NCBI GenBank assembly: GCA_034521595.1
Contig: JAXHMG010000003.1
Coordinates: 2,304,001-2,368,000 of the forward strand
Direction of reading: 5' to 3'
DNA: 64,000 bases
Source of the DNA: Gemmatimonadota bacterium
Lineage (GTDB): Bacteria > Gemmatimonadota > Gemmatimonadetes > Longimicrobiales > Gaopeijiaceae
The notes beneath the pieces were generated by a model. The model saw nothing but the letters and a program-made list of their open reading frames with translations, was not told the DNA's origin and made no database searches. The translations under genes and the position numbers were made by a program. This document shows, one piece after another, positions 30,344 to 40,184 of the stretch. Numbering within the stretch: position 1 is the first letter of the stretch; each line of letters begins with the position of its first letter.

Positions 30344-33019
30344 TCAGCCCGTCCGGAGGTTGATCGCGAACAGCCACAACTGCCCCAGGACCAGGATCGT
30401 GGCGGCTCCAGCGGCCGCGAGCACGAGCTCCGGCACGCCCGGCTCGACCAACTGCAAGACCCCGGCCAACGGATCCCACCACACGGCCACGGCCAACAGC
30501 CCGACGCAAAGCGTCAGCGCTCCCCACAGCGCCTTGTTTCGAGTGATCTCGTTCCGAAGCGGAGGGCTGTCGTGGTCGCGCATGTTGAACGCGTGCAGAA
30601 GGCGGCCCGTGGAGAGGCCGAGGAAGGCCACCGTAACCGCCTGTGCCTGGCTGAGCTCGAGCACGTTCAGGGCAACGAGGAACAGGGTCAGAACAACGAC
30701 TGCGATCATGACCCCGTATCCCACGATGGCCCACCAGTGCCGGGCTTCGATGATCCCTTCGGAAGGATCCCGTGGCGGGCGCTCCATGACGTTGGGACTA
30801 CCTGGACCGATTCCGAGTGCCAGGGCCGGAAAGACGTCGTTCACGAGGTTCAGGTATAGGATCTGGAGGGGCAGGAGCGGAAGGGGCAAGCCCGCGGCCG
30901 CCGCGCCGCCAACCGCCAGGATCTCACCCACGTTCCCCGAGAGGAGGTAGATGACGAACTTCCGCATATTCCGGAAGATCGTCCGCCCGAGCTCCACCGC
31001 AGTCACGATGGTGGAGAACGCATCATCGAGGAGCACCATGTCACTGGCCTCGCGAGCGACGTCGGTCCCTCTTTGTCCCATCGCCACGCCGATATCGGCC
31101 TTTCGCAGGGCGGGGGCATCGTTCACGCCGTCTCCGGTCATCGCCAGAATCTCGCCCCGTTCCTGGTGCAGATCGACCAGCTTGAGCTTCTCCTCCGGAT
31201 CGACCCGGGCGAACACGTCCACCTCGGCCATCGCATCCACGTCGACGAGCGTCGATCCCTCGGAGGGGGAAAGGTCTCTGCCTTCCGCTACCCGCAGCTC
31301 ATCATGGTCTCCCCGTCGGAGCCCGACTTCCGTCGCGATCTGGTATGCCGTCTCGGCGTGGTCGCCAGTGGCCATGATCACGCGAATGCCGGCATCCTGG
31401 CACTTCCGGATCGCGGGGCCTACGTCCTCGCGAGGTGGATCATAGAACCCGACCAGACCCAAAAACCGGAGATGCTCGTACGGCTCCGCGTCCGGATCCT
31501 CGAGGACACGGTCCGCCACGGCGAGCACGCGGAGGCCCTCGGTGGCCAGCTCCTCACTCCGCTCCAGCCACTCCTGCTTGAAGCGTTCGTCGATACCCAT
31601 CCGCTCGCCTTCTGCGCGACACGCCTCGTCACTCGCCTTCAGCACCGCCTCGGGGGCTCCCTTCACGGCCAACCGATAGCCTCGCTCGTCCTCCTGCACG
31701 GTTCCCATCATGTTGGTCTCGGCATCGAAAGACACCGTGCGCACACGCGGATGGTCCGCCCGCAAGTCGCCTGCGGAGACGCCCGACGCTCGCCCCATCT
31801 CGAGCAGAGCCAGGTCCATGGGATCTCCGTGGTCTGCGCCTTCCCCGTCCTCACCACCGGGTTCGGCATCGTTCGCCAGCACGGCTGCGGTAAACAGAGG
31901 CCGGAGTGGCCCGTCCTCGCGGGTCGCATCCGTAGCACCACCCTGGTCGTGGGCGCCTCGTCCCAGCTCCATGTCGCCCGCGGGCCCCGTCAAGCGCCGG
32001 ACCGTCATCTCGTTCAGGGTGAGGGTTCCGGTCTTGTCCGTGCAGATGATGGTCGCGGATCCGAGGGTCTGGACGGCGCCCAAATGTCGGATCAGGGCAT
32101 TCCGTTTCATCATGCGCCGCATGCCGCGAGCCAGCGCGACCGTGGCGACGATGGCGAGTCCTTCCGGGATGGCGGCCACCGCCAACGCGATCCCTGTCTG
32201 TACCATCATGACCAGGTTCCTGCCGGCCAGGATGCCGGCCGCGACCACGACGCCGGCAACCACCACCGTCAACCAGACGAGCTTCCGGCCCAGCCGGTCC
32301 AGGCGTGCATCCAACGGAGACTCGTCGTTCTCGTCTCCCACCATCGAAGAGATGGCACCGAGCTCGGTGTCCATGCCGGTTTTCGCCACGATCCCCGTTC
32401 CGCGCCCCCGACGTACGGTCGTGCCGCGATAGACCATGCATGAACGGTCAGCCAGCGGGACGCTCTCCTCGAGCGCTTCGGTCTCCTTGTCGACAGGGAC
32501 GGACTCTCCGGTAAGTGACGATTCGTCGACCTGAAGTCCCTCCGCTTCGATCAGGCGCAGATCGGCGGTGACCACGTCGCCCTCGGAGAGCAGCACCACA
32601 TCGCCGGGAACCAACTCCCGGGCCGCCACCGTCCGTGTCGCACCGTTCCTTCGTACGCGGGCCCCTGCTTGGCCCATCTTCCGTAGCGACTCCATGGAGC
32701 GCATGGCACGGAGCTCCATCCAGAAGCCGATCGCGGTATTCACGACGAGCACGCCGCCGATCGCCACGGCCTCCGCGACGTCGCCGAAAGCAAGGGCGAC
32801 CCCACCGGCCACGGCCAGAAGCAGCACGATCAAGCTTTCGAGCTGGTTCCACAGGATCGCGAGGAGGCCTCGTCGCTCCCGCACCTGCAAGCGGTTCCAC
32901 CCGAAGCGATCGCGGCGCTCCTTCACCTCTCGGTCCGATAATCCTTCGTCCACCGAGACGTCGAGCGCCTTCTTCAGCTTCGCCGCCTGGAGCGTCCAAG
33001 GGTGCTCCGGAATTTCCAT
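30344..33019 (-). CDS. P-type cation-transporting ATPase (type IIA, Ca2+-ATPase-like)
   Basis: 'TGES', 'IPEGL', 'DKTGT', 'TGD', 'GDGVNDAPAL', 'NLVND'. Confidence 0.95.
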   Translation of the reverse strand: MEIPEHPWTLQAAKLKKALDVSVDEGLSDREVKERRDRFGWNRLQVRERRGLLAILWNQLESLIVLLLAVAGGVALAFGDVAEAVAIGGVLVVNTAIGFWMELRAMRSMESLRKMGQAGARVRRNGATRTVAARELVPGDVVLLSEGDVVTADLRLIEAEGLQVDESSLTGESVPVDKETEALEESVPLADRSCMVYRGTTVRRGRGTGIVAKTGMDTELGAISSMVGDENDESPLDARLDRLGRKLVWLTVVVAGVVVAAGILAGRNLVMMVQTGIALAVAAIPEGLAIVATVALARGMRRMMKRNALIRHLGAVQTLGSATIICTDKTGTLTLNEMTVRRLTGPAGDMELGRGAHDQGGATDATREDGPLRPLFTAAVLANDAEPGGEDGEGADHGDPMDLALLEMGRASGVSAGDLRADHPRVRTVSFDAETNMMGTVQEDERGYRLAVKGAPEAVLKASDEACRAEGERMGIDERFKQEWLERSEELATEGLRVLAVADRVLEDPDAEPYEHLRFLGLVGFYDPPREDVGPAIRKCQDAGIRVIMATGDHAETAYQIATEVGLRRGDHDELRVAEGRDLSPSEGSTLVDVDAMAEVDVFARVDPEEKLKLVDLHQERGEILAMTGDGVNDAPALRKADIGVAMGQRGTDVAREASDMVLLDDAFSTIVTAVELGRTIFRNMRKFVIYLLSGNVGEILAVGGAAAAGLPLPLLPLQILYLNLVNDVFPALALGIGPGSPNVMERPPRDPSEGIIEARHWWAIVGYGVMIAVVVLTLFLVALNVLELSQAQAVTVAFLGLSTGRLLHAFNMRDHDSPPLRNEITRNKALWGALTLCVGLLAVAVWWDPLAGVLQLVEPGVPELVLAAAGAATILVLGQLWLFAINLRTG

Positions 33020-33380
33020 ACTCAATGGCTTCGCTCGACGACTTCGATTCGTGCATCCGCGGTACTTCCCACCCACGGAACCGGTTTGAACACCACCACC
33101 GGATGGAGGACCCTCAATCCGGCATCGGGGCCCCCTCCATCAGCCGGAAGGGTCCCACATCCTGCAGGGAAGCTCAGCTGGCTCACGTCCGGGTTGGTCG
33201 TTGTAGGTGGCAACAGAGCCGTGACCTCGTAGCAGCAGACTCCGGGGACCCGACTGATGTCCTCGTGCGCGTCGCAACGCTCAGCATATCGTAACGCCTT
33301 TGGGCTTTCGCTGTGGCCCGGTGGTCGACACGGGCGCACTGCGCATATACGGGGATGCGAAACGGTGTGAGATTTCTCTC

Positions 33381-34823
33381 ATGCATATCCTCGTCACCGG
33401 TGCGACCGGATACATTGGCGGCCGCCTCGTGCCGAAGCTCCTCGCCGCCGGACACCAAGTCCGCTGCCTGGTCCGGTCCGAGGCCAAGTTGCGTGGCCGC
33501 GACTGGAGTGACCACCCGAGCCTGGAGATCTTGGAAGGCGATGCGGCCGACCCCGCATCCCTGGACCGGGCTCTCGAGGGCCAGGAGGTAGCCTATTACC
33601 TGATCCACTCGATGGTCGTGGCCGGTGGGGAGTACGCGGACCGCGACCGGATACTGGCCGAGAATTTCGCCCAGGCCGCAGAGCGTCAGGGCACCGCGCG
33701 CATCCTCTATCTCGGGGGGCTCGGCGAGACCGGAGACGGCTTGAGTGAGCACCTCGCTTCTCGCCGCGAGGTCGAAGAAGCGCTCGCCTCCACCAACGTA
33801 CCGGTCACGGTGCTCCGGGCCGCGATGATCATCGGCTCGGGATCGGCCTCTTTCGAGATCCTGCGCTATCTGGTGGAGCGGCTGCCGGTGATGGTCACGC
33901 CCCGGTGGGTACATACCGAATGCCAGCCCATCGCCGTTCGCAACGTGCTGCACTTTCTGATCGCCTCCCTGGATACGCCCGAAACCACGGGCCGGACGCT
34001 CGACATCGGCGGACCCGAGGTTCTCCGTTATGTGGAGATCATGCGCATCATGGCGCGCGCTCGCGGTCTGACGCCGCGGGTCATCGTTCCGGTGCCGGTG
34101 CTCACGCCCCGGCTGAGCTCGCTCTGGATCCATTTGGTGACCCCGCTCTCGTCACATATCGCGCGGCCCCTGGCGGAAGGTCTGCGCAATCGGGTCGTCT
34201 GTCAGGACGACGAAGCGGTCCGCCTCATGCCACAACGGCTTCTCACCGTCCGCGAGTCGATCGACGCCGCCCTGGGCCAGCTGGCCCGCCAGAAGGTGGA
34301 GACGGCGTGGAGCGATGCCGGCGTCATGCCTGGGGATCCCGACTGGGCGGGTGGAACGACGTTCACGGACCATCGCACGATCGACGTGGACGCGCCGCCA
34401 GATCAGATCTTCGCCGCCATCTGCCGTGTCGGGGGCGGACACGGCTACTACGCTGCAGCGTGGTTGTGGCGGATCCGGGGGGCCGTGGACCGCCTCATTG
34501 GTGGACCAGGCCTGCGCCGCGGACGGCGAGATCCGGAGCGTCTCTCTGTCGGAGACGCGCTCGATTTCTGGAGGGTCCAGGAGGTCTCGCCTGGCCGAGC
34601 CCTCCGCCTCCGCGCGGAGATGAAGGTGCCCGGGGAAGCCGAGCTTGCCTTCATCATCCATCCGCCCGAAGCCAACCATCCGCTCACCCGCGTCGAGCAG
34701 ACTGCGCGGTTCAAACCGAAGGGGCTCCTCGGGCTTGCGTATTGGTTCATGGTGGCCCCGATGCACTCGATCGTCTTCCAGGGTATGCTGGAGGGAATTC
34801 GGCGGCGCGCTGAGCGGGCGTAA
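33381..34823 (+). CDS. NAD(P)-binding SDR-like protein with C-terminal DUF2867-type domain (YbjT-like)
   Basis: 'VTGATGYIGG', 'YYLIHSM', 'GSGSASFE', 'DFWRV', 'AEMKVPG'. Confidence 0.88.
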   Translation: MHILVTGATGYIGGRLVPKLLAAGHQVRCLVRSEAKLRGRDWSDHPSLEILEGDAADPASLDRALEGQEVAYYLIHSMVVAGGEYADRDRILAENFAQAAERQGTARILYLGGLGETGDGLSEHLASRREVEEALASTNVPVTVLRAAMIIGSGSASFEILRYLVERLPVMVTPRWVHTECQPIAVRNVLHFLIASLDTPETTGRTLDIGGPEVLRYVEIMRIMARARGLTPRVIVPVPVLTPRLSSLWIHLVTPLSSHIARPLAEGLRNRVVCQDDEAVRLMPQRLLTVRESIDAALGQLARQKVETAWSDAGVMPGDPDWAGGTTFTDHRTIDVDAPPDQIFAAICRVGGGHGYYAAAWLWRIRGAVDRLIGGPGLRRGRRDPERLSVGDALDFWRVQEVSPGRALRLRAEMKVPGEAELAFIIHPPEANHPLTRVEQTARFKPKGLLGLAYWFMVAPMHSIVFQGMLEGIRRRAERA

Positions 34824-34896
34824 ACTCCCCGGCGACGACCTTCGTTGGATCAACGAGCGAATCGCTTCCGTGTTTCAAGGAGGCTTCGAGCTGCTC

Positions 34897-34951
34897 GCCA
34901 CGGGAAGACGGGGCGGCAATGTATGCGCCACGACGGGGGTGAGCCACCCTG
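34897..34951. repeat. Dispersed repeat A, copy 2
   Basis: 53/55 identical to 29489-29543, same orientation. Confidence 0.85.
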
Positions 34952-35139
34952 TATCCGAGAGCCGGAATCTGGATTCGAACACCACGCGAGCTTATACCGG
35001 CTGAACGTATGATTCATACCCGTATTCCCGCGTGCGACCGTCCGATGTCTTCCACACCACCCCATTTTGCCAGTCCAGCCCGGGATCCCTCACGTCCGGA
35101 CCGCCCGGTGAGTGCAGCCGTCGAGCCCGCGACCCAGCC

Positions 35140-35347
35140 CCTGAAGCCCCTGGCCGGCATCCCTACGCTCCTGCTCTGGGGCATGCAGGACCGTGCGTTC
35201 GGCCCGGAGGATCTGGCGCGCTGGCGCGACGCGCTCCCCCGGGCCGACGTCGTCGAATTTTCCGAAGCCGGGCACTTCGTGCAGGAAGAGGCGCCGGACG
35301 AGGCCATCGCCGCGATCCGGCGGTTTCTGGCTTCGATCCTGAGCTAG
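35140..35347 (+). pseudogene. C-terminal fragment of an alpha/beta hydrolase (haloalkane dehalogenase-like)
   Basis: 'PTLLLWGMQDRAF...EAGHFVQEEAPDE'; no nucleophile elbow or N-terminal half upstream. Confidence 0.7.
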
Positions 35348-35433
35348 CAGCCCGTGGTAGGCTGTCCCGATTCAGGGTCGGCGCGGCGGAAGCGCCCCGT
35401 CGGGACGTAGCGGTTCCACCGCGCGAGATCCGG

Positions 35434-35919
35434 TCAGGATCGGGGAGGCGTGACCGCCGCGGGTGCGCCGCGAATCCATCCGACGAAATCCACTGGAGCA
35501 GGCTCCACACCCGCCTGCCTCAGCAACAAGTTGACCTTCCCTCGGTGATACTGCCCGTGAAGGGCCACGTGGAGCAAGATGTCGCCGACCGAGGTCTCGA
35601 ACGAGGCACCGGCCGAGTTGGTGTAGCGCACCGGCCGGTCCAACCACGCCTCGTCGAGCCCTCCGAGATACGCCGAGAATGCCGAGGCCAGCCGTTCCCG
35701 CAACGTGTCGACCTCGTCGGGCGGGAGGTCGGGCCACACTGGCGCCATGGGCTCGCGCCCCTCCAACCGCGCCAGCCAGGTCTCCTCGGCACCCAGCACA
35801 TGCGTGTACTCCAACCACGCCTCCCGGAGGTCCGGACGACGGCAGAGGTTTTCGTATAAGGCTCGGTCGGCCCAGACCATGAAGTCGTGGAGTCGGCGCA
35901 ACTCTCGAATACGGCTCAT
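35434..35919 (-). CDS. DinB/YfiT family protein
   Basis: 'HVLGAEETWLARL', 'LLHVALHGQYHRG' His triad. Confidence 0.9.
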   Translation of the reverse strand: MSRIRELRRLHDFMVWADRALYENLCRRPDLREAWLEYTHVLGAEETWLARLEGREPMAPVWPDLPPDEVDTLRERLASAFSAYLGGLDEAWLDRPVRYTNSAGASFETSVGDILLHVALHGQYHRGKVNLLLRQAGVEPAPVDFVGWIRGAPAAVTPPRS

Positions 35920-36029
35920 CGGACACTCCGTTGCAGGTTGCGGGTGGGGCTCATCCGCCGTGTCGACGCGCAGTGTACATTCAACCGCTACCCTCCCTCC
36001 AGACATGGACGCAACCGGGTGGAAGTCAT

Positions 36030-36069
36030 CGCCCGAGTCGAAGGGAACCTTCCGGAGCTCTCGTGGGGC
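36030..36069. repeat. Dispersed repeat B, copy 2
   Basis: 37/40 identical to 30304-30343, same orientation. Confidence 0.8.
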
Positions 36070-36191
36070 GTGGGCTTGGAGGGAATGGGGCGACGGCTTA
36101 ATACTGGGGTCACATCCGGCACCCGAACGCGGTCGGCGTGTACGCTGGAAGCACGACGAACGTCGGATCACCACGAAGGGAGGAGAACACC

Positions 36192-36671
36192 ATGGGTTTC
36201 GCCCTATCAGACATGCAGGTCCGGTCTTCGGCCTTCGACGACCGCGAGCGCATTCCCCGGAAGCATACGGGAGAGGGCGACGACGTCTCTCCGGCAATCG
36301 AATGGACGAGTGCCCCGGACGGCACCCGGGCGTACGCCGTCATCTGCCATGACCCTGATGCGCCGCTCTGCAAGCCGGGGAGCTACGGATTCGTGCACTG
36401 GGTCCTCTACAACATCCCCGGCTCGGTGAAGGGCATTCCGGAAGGTGGGGGTGAGGAGTATACCACAGGGCAGACCGATTTCGGACGGACCGGATACGGC
36501 GGGCCGATGCCGCCCGAAGGCCACGGCCCGCACCATTACTTCTTCTGGGTGCTCGCGCTCGATCGTGAGCTCGACCTCCCACCCGGACTCACGATGGAGC
36601 AACTCCTGGAACAGGTGGAGCCCCACGTGGTCGGCATGAACAGGCTGGTAGGAACCTACGAGCGGAGCTGA
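36192..36671 (+). CDS. YbhB/YbcL (PEBP/RKIP-like) protein
   Basis: 'DPDAP', 'FVHWVLYNIP', 'YGGPMPP.GHGPHHY'; strong RBS. Confidence 0.93.
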   Translation: MGFALSDMQVRSSAFDDRERIPRKHTGEGDDVSPAIEWTSAPDGTRAYAVICHDPDAPLCKPGSYGFVHWVLYNIPGSVKGIPEGGGEEYTTGQTDFGRTGYGGPMPPEGHGPHHYFFWVLALDRELDLPPGLTMEQLLEQVEPHVVGMNRLVGTYERS

Positions 36672-36780
36672 TTCGCCGCGGCTCCCCGGCGCAACGATGA
36701 GAACGGCACGAACGCCCCCTTACCCTCGTCGCGGGTGAACGGCCCACGACCCCACGCCAACAGTACGATGGGAGCCCCGC

Positions 36781-37551
36781 TTGGATCCCGAGCTGCTTCA
36801 CCTCCTGTGGATCACGTTCCTAGCCGCGACGCTGGCCGACGTGTCGATGGTCTTCGGGGTCGCCCCGTTCTTCTTTCTGAAGGACATGTCGGCACGCGCG
36901 GCCGGAACCCTGTCGGCGACGGCCGCGGGGATGATGGCTGCGGCGGGGCTCGTGCAACTCGTCGGCGAAGGGCTCCGGGCGGCGCCCGGGATCCGCGCCT
37001 GGGAAGTCGCGACGGGCCTCGCCCTCGGATCGCTCTTCTATGCGAGCGCTGCCCGGTGGGTGCGAACCCACGAAAGCTTCGACCTTCTCGAGCTGCGGCA
37101 GAGCGGCGGGGTGCAGTCGCTCATGATCGTTGCCGCCATGACGGTACACTCCCTGCCGGAAGGCATCGCTATCGGTGTGTCGTTCGGCTCCGGGGAGGAA
37201 GGGCTGGGAATCGCGGTCGCCTCGGCGCTCGCCGTGCACAACATTCCCGAGGCGATCGCCATCACGCTCGCGTTGCGCGCGAAGGGCGTCTCGACCTGGC
37301 AGTGCATGGGATGGGCGCTGTTCACGAGCCTTCCCCAACCTCTCGCCGCACCCTTCGCCGCCTGGTTCATCTGGATCTTCGAGCCGCTGCTTCCCTTCGG
37401 CATGGGGTTCGCGGCCGGCGCCATGACCTTTTTGGTCGTAGACGACCTCCTGCCCGAAGCGCTGGACGAGATCGACAAGACGCGCACCGCCTCCGCGTTC
37501 ATGGTCGGAGTGGTCGCCATGATCGTGCTCGGCCGGCTCGTCGGGATGTGA
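36781..37551 (+). CDS. ZIP family metal transporter (ZupT/GufA-like)
   Basis: Multi-TM; 'HSLPEG', 'HNIPE', 'FAAGAM', 'LLPE'. Confidence 0.9.
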   Translation: MDPELLHLLWITFLAATLADVSMVFGVAPFFFLKDMSARAAGTLSATAAGMMAAAGLVQLVGEGLRAAPGIRAWEVATGLALGSLFYASAARWVRTHESFDLLELRQSGGVQSLMIVAAMTVHSLPEGIAIGVSFGSGEEGLGIAVASALAVHNIPEAIAITLALRAKGVSTWQCMGWALFTSLPQPLAAPFAAWFIWIFEPLLPFGMGFAAGAMTFLVVDDLLPEALDEIDKTRTASAFMVGVVAMIVLGRLVGM

Positions 37552-37743
37552 GGCGCTCGGGGTGCCGGGTTCGACCCGACGCTCCCTCCGGCACCCTCCT
37601 CGTGCGGCTCGGTCTAACGTTCACGCGAACGCGCACGTCTATTCCAGCATACGGGCCCGGCGTGACTCGACGGTGCGAGCGTCATGGGGTCACGAGCACA
37701 GCACCAGCCGAGTGCCTTCAACCAACGAGCCCCAAGAAGACCC

Positions 37744-40158
37744 GTGACACGTACGTTCCCTTTCGCATCCTCGCTGATCTTGGCGATCTCGCTTCTGACG
37801 CTCGGATTCCCGGGCTTCCTGAGCGCCCAGACGGCCCAAGTAACAGGTGTCGTGCGGGACGCGAACACCGGGGAACCGATTCCGGGCGCTTCCGTCACGC
37901 TCGTACAGCTCGACGACACGACCAACACGCGAACGGTTTCCGCGAACGCGCGTGGGCGAGCTCTCTTCGTGGGTGTTCCGCCCGACAGGTACCGGGTGCG
38001 CGTCACGAGCATCGGATACGGCCCTCGGGTGCTCGACGAGGTCGAGGTCGCGCCGGACTCACGCCACGATCTCGGCACGGTCGGGCTCACGGTCGAGGCG
38101 TTCGAGCTCGACGCTCTCGACGTTACCGCCGAGCGGTCGGCGGTGACCTTCGAAGCGGACCGGACGGCATACGACATCACGGCCATGCCCTCCGCGCAGG
38201 GGAGCGCGGCCGCCGACCTGCTCCGCAACATGCCGGAGCTCGAGGTCGACCTCGACGGACAGGTGTCGATGTACGGCTCGGCGACGGAGATCTACATCGA
38301 CGGACGGCCGGCACCGATGGACGGCATGTCCCTGTCCGTGTTCCTGGAGCAGTTCCCGGCCGAGAACATCGAGCGCATCGAGGTCATCGACAGCCCCTCG
38401 GCCCGGTACGGCGCCCAAGGATCCGGCGGGATCGTGAACATCGTGCTGCGGGAGGGGGTCGAGCTCGGGCTCACCGGGCTCGCTTTCCTCAACGGCGGGA
38501 CACGAGGCGAGCTCGGAGCCGGCGCGCGGGCGACCCTTCAGCGCGGGCCGTGGACGGTGAACAGCGGCCTGAACGCGAATCGCTCGAACCGTGAGTCTTC
38601 GTCCTTCGACCTCCGGCAGAACCTCGTCGCGGACCCCACGACCTTCCTGCGACAGGAGTCGATCTCCGAGCGGTCCGGGCGGTCCGGGAACCTGGATCTG
38701 GAGGTCCGCTACCAACCCACCGAAAGGGCACGGTTCTGGGTGGAGGGCCGCGTGAGCGGCCGTGACGACGGGTCGGAAGGGGCGACGACCACGACGCACA
38801 TGGACGAGAACCAGGATCCCACGTCGGAATATCGTCGCTCGTCGTCTCTGGATGCCGGGAACGTCACCGGCCGGATCGGTACGGGGTTCACCTACGAGTG
38901 GGAACGGAGGCGACACGAGCTCGAGATCGAGCTCGACATCGACGCCGACCGGACCCGTGAGGACACCCGTGAAGAGCTCGACATGCTCGATCCCGGCGCG
39001 ACCGGGGGCCCGCTGCCCGCGGAGCTCACGCTCGAGGAGGAACGACAGCGTGAGAGCGAGATCCGTCTCGACGTGGACTACGTGCGCCCCTGGTCCGAGG
39101 ACGGACGGGTCGAGATGGGATACCGGCTCGAGACCAACCGGGATGAGAGCGACCGGCTCCTCGAGCTCCGCGACACGGACCAAGCCGGGATCCCGACCGC
39201 GTCGAACCTCGGATTCGATCACGCCCAGACCTTCAACGCACTCTACCTGACGCTCCAAAGACAGCTCGGGCCCCTGGGCGTTCAGCTAGGTCTGCGGGGC
39301 GAGCACTCGGACACGCGCTTCGAAGTGCCGACGGGCGAGGCGTTCGAGAACGACTACTTCAGCCTCTTCCCGAGCGCGAGCCTGTCCGCCCGCCTCGACC
39401 AGGAGCGCCAGCTCCGGCTGTCCTACTCCCGCAGGATCGGGCGGCCGTCGACCTCGGTGCTCAACCCCATCGATCGCTCCACGGATCCGCTGAACCGTCG
39501 GGTGGGCAATCCGAACGTCGATCCGGAGTACACGCATTCCCTGAGCCTCCACGCCATCTGGTCGACCCCCTTCGGTCGCCTCCGGCTCTCGCCCTACTAC
39601 CGCCGGACGGACGGAGGATGGGCCGAGATCACGTCGGTGGACGGCGATGGCATCTCCACCCGGACATGGGACAACGTCACGTCGGAAGAGCGCTACGGCG
39701 CTACCCTCACCGCCTGGCTGCCACGCGGGGAGCGGGTGAGTGGTTTCGTGAGCGTCGGAGGGAATCGCACTGCCCGGGACGCCAGTAATCTCGCCGATCG
39801 TTACTCGAGTAGCTCGCTTCGCTGGCAGACGCGCGTCAGCCTGGAAGCGATGGTGACGGAGAAGCTGAGCGTGGAGAGCCGGAGCTCCTACCGTCCTGCT
39901 GTCGACCTGCCCCAGGGACGCTCGGACGCCCAGATATCGACCGACTTCGGCCTTCGCTATCGGTTCCTGGACCGGCAGGCCTCGCTCCGCATGGCGTTCG
40001 AAGATCCGCTCGGCCTACGGGAGTCCTCCCGCGAGATCCGAGACCTGACACACGTGCAGATCGGACGCAGCTCGGAGAGCAGCAGGAGCATCCGCTTCAG
40101 TGTCTCGTACGCATTCGGGGGAGGGGGAGCGATGCGCGGCAGGGGTCGGCGGCGGTAA
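37744..40158 (+). CDS. TonB-dependent receptor-like outer-membrane beta-barrel protein
   Basis: Signal peptide, carboxypeptidase-regulatory-like N-terminal domain, plug 'IERIEVIDSPSARYGA..GGIVNIVL', 'GNPNVDPE'. Confidence 0.85.
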   Translation: MTRTFPFASSLILAISLLTLGFPGFLSAQTAQVTGVVRDANTGEPIPGASVTLVQLDDTTNTRTVSANARGRALFVGVPPDRYRVRVTSIGYGPRVLDEVEVAPDSRHDLGTVGLTVEAFELDALDVTAERSAVTFEADRTAYDITAMPSAQGSAAADLLRNMPELEVDLDGQVSMYGSATEIYIDGRPAPMDGMSLSVFLEQFPAENIERIEVIDSPSARYGAQGSGGIVNIVLREGVELGLTGLAFLNGGTRGELGAGARATLQRGPWTVNSGLNANRSNRESSSFDLRQNLVADPTTFLRQESISERSGRSGNLDLEVRYQPTERARFWVEGRVSGRDDGSEGATTTTHMDENQDPTSEYRRSSSLDAGNVTGRIGTGFTYEWERRRHELEIELDIDADRTREDTREELDMLDPGATGGPLPAELTLEEERQRESEIRLDVDYVRPWSEDGRVEMGYRLETNRDESDRLLELRDTDQAGIPTASNLGFDHAQTFNALYLTLQRQLGPLGVQLGLRGEHSDTRFEVPTGEAFENDYFSLFPSASLSARLDQERQLRLSYSRRIGRPSTSVLNPIDRSTDPLNRRVGNPNVDPEYTHSLSLHAIWSTPFGRLRLSPYYRRTDGGWAEITSVDGDGISTRTWDNVTSEERYGATLTAWLPRGERVSGFVSVGGNRTARDASNLADRYSSSSLRWQTRVSLEAMVTEKLSVESRSSYRPAVDLPQGRSDAQISTDFGLRYRFLDRQASLRMAFEDPLGLRESSREIRDLTHVQIGRSSESSRSIRFSVSYAFGGGGAMRGRGRRR

Positions 40159-40184
40159 GAAGGCCGCTCGCCCCACGAGCGGCA

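Noticed and set aside
33060-33380. Hairpin-containing intergenic region as a riboswitch or sRNA
   Set aside because: Only a modest stem (atggagg...cctccat); no riboswitch consensus recognised.
29489-36069. Repeats A and B as a CRISPR array or integron attC sites
   Set aside because: Only two copies each, kilobases apart; no spacer periodicity, cas genes, integrase or clear RYYYAAC/GTTRRRY ends.
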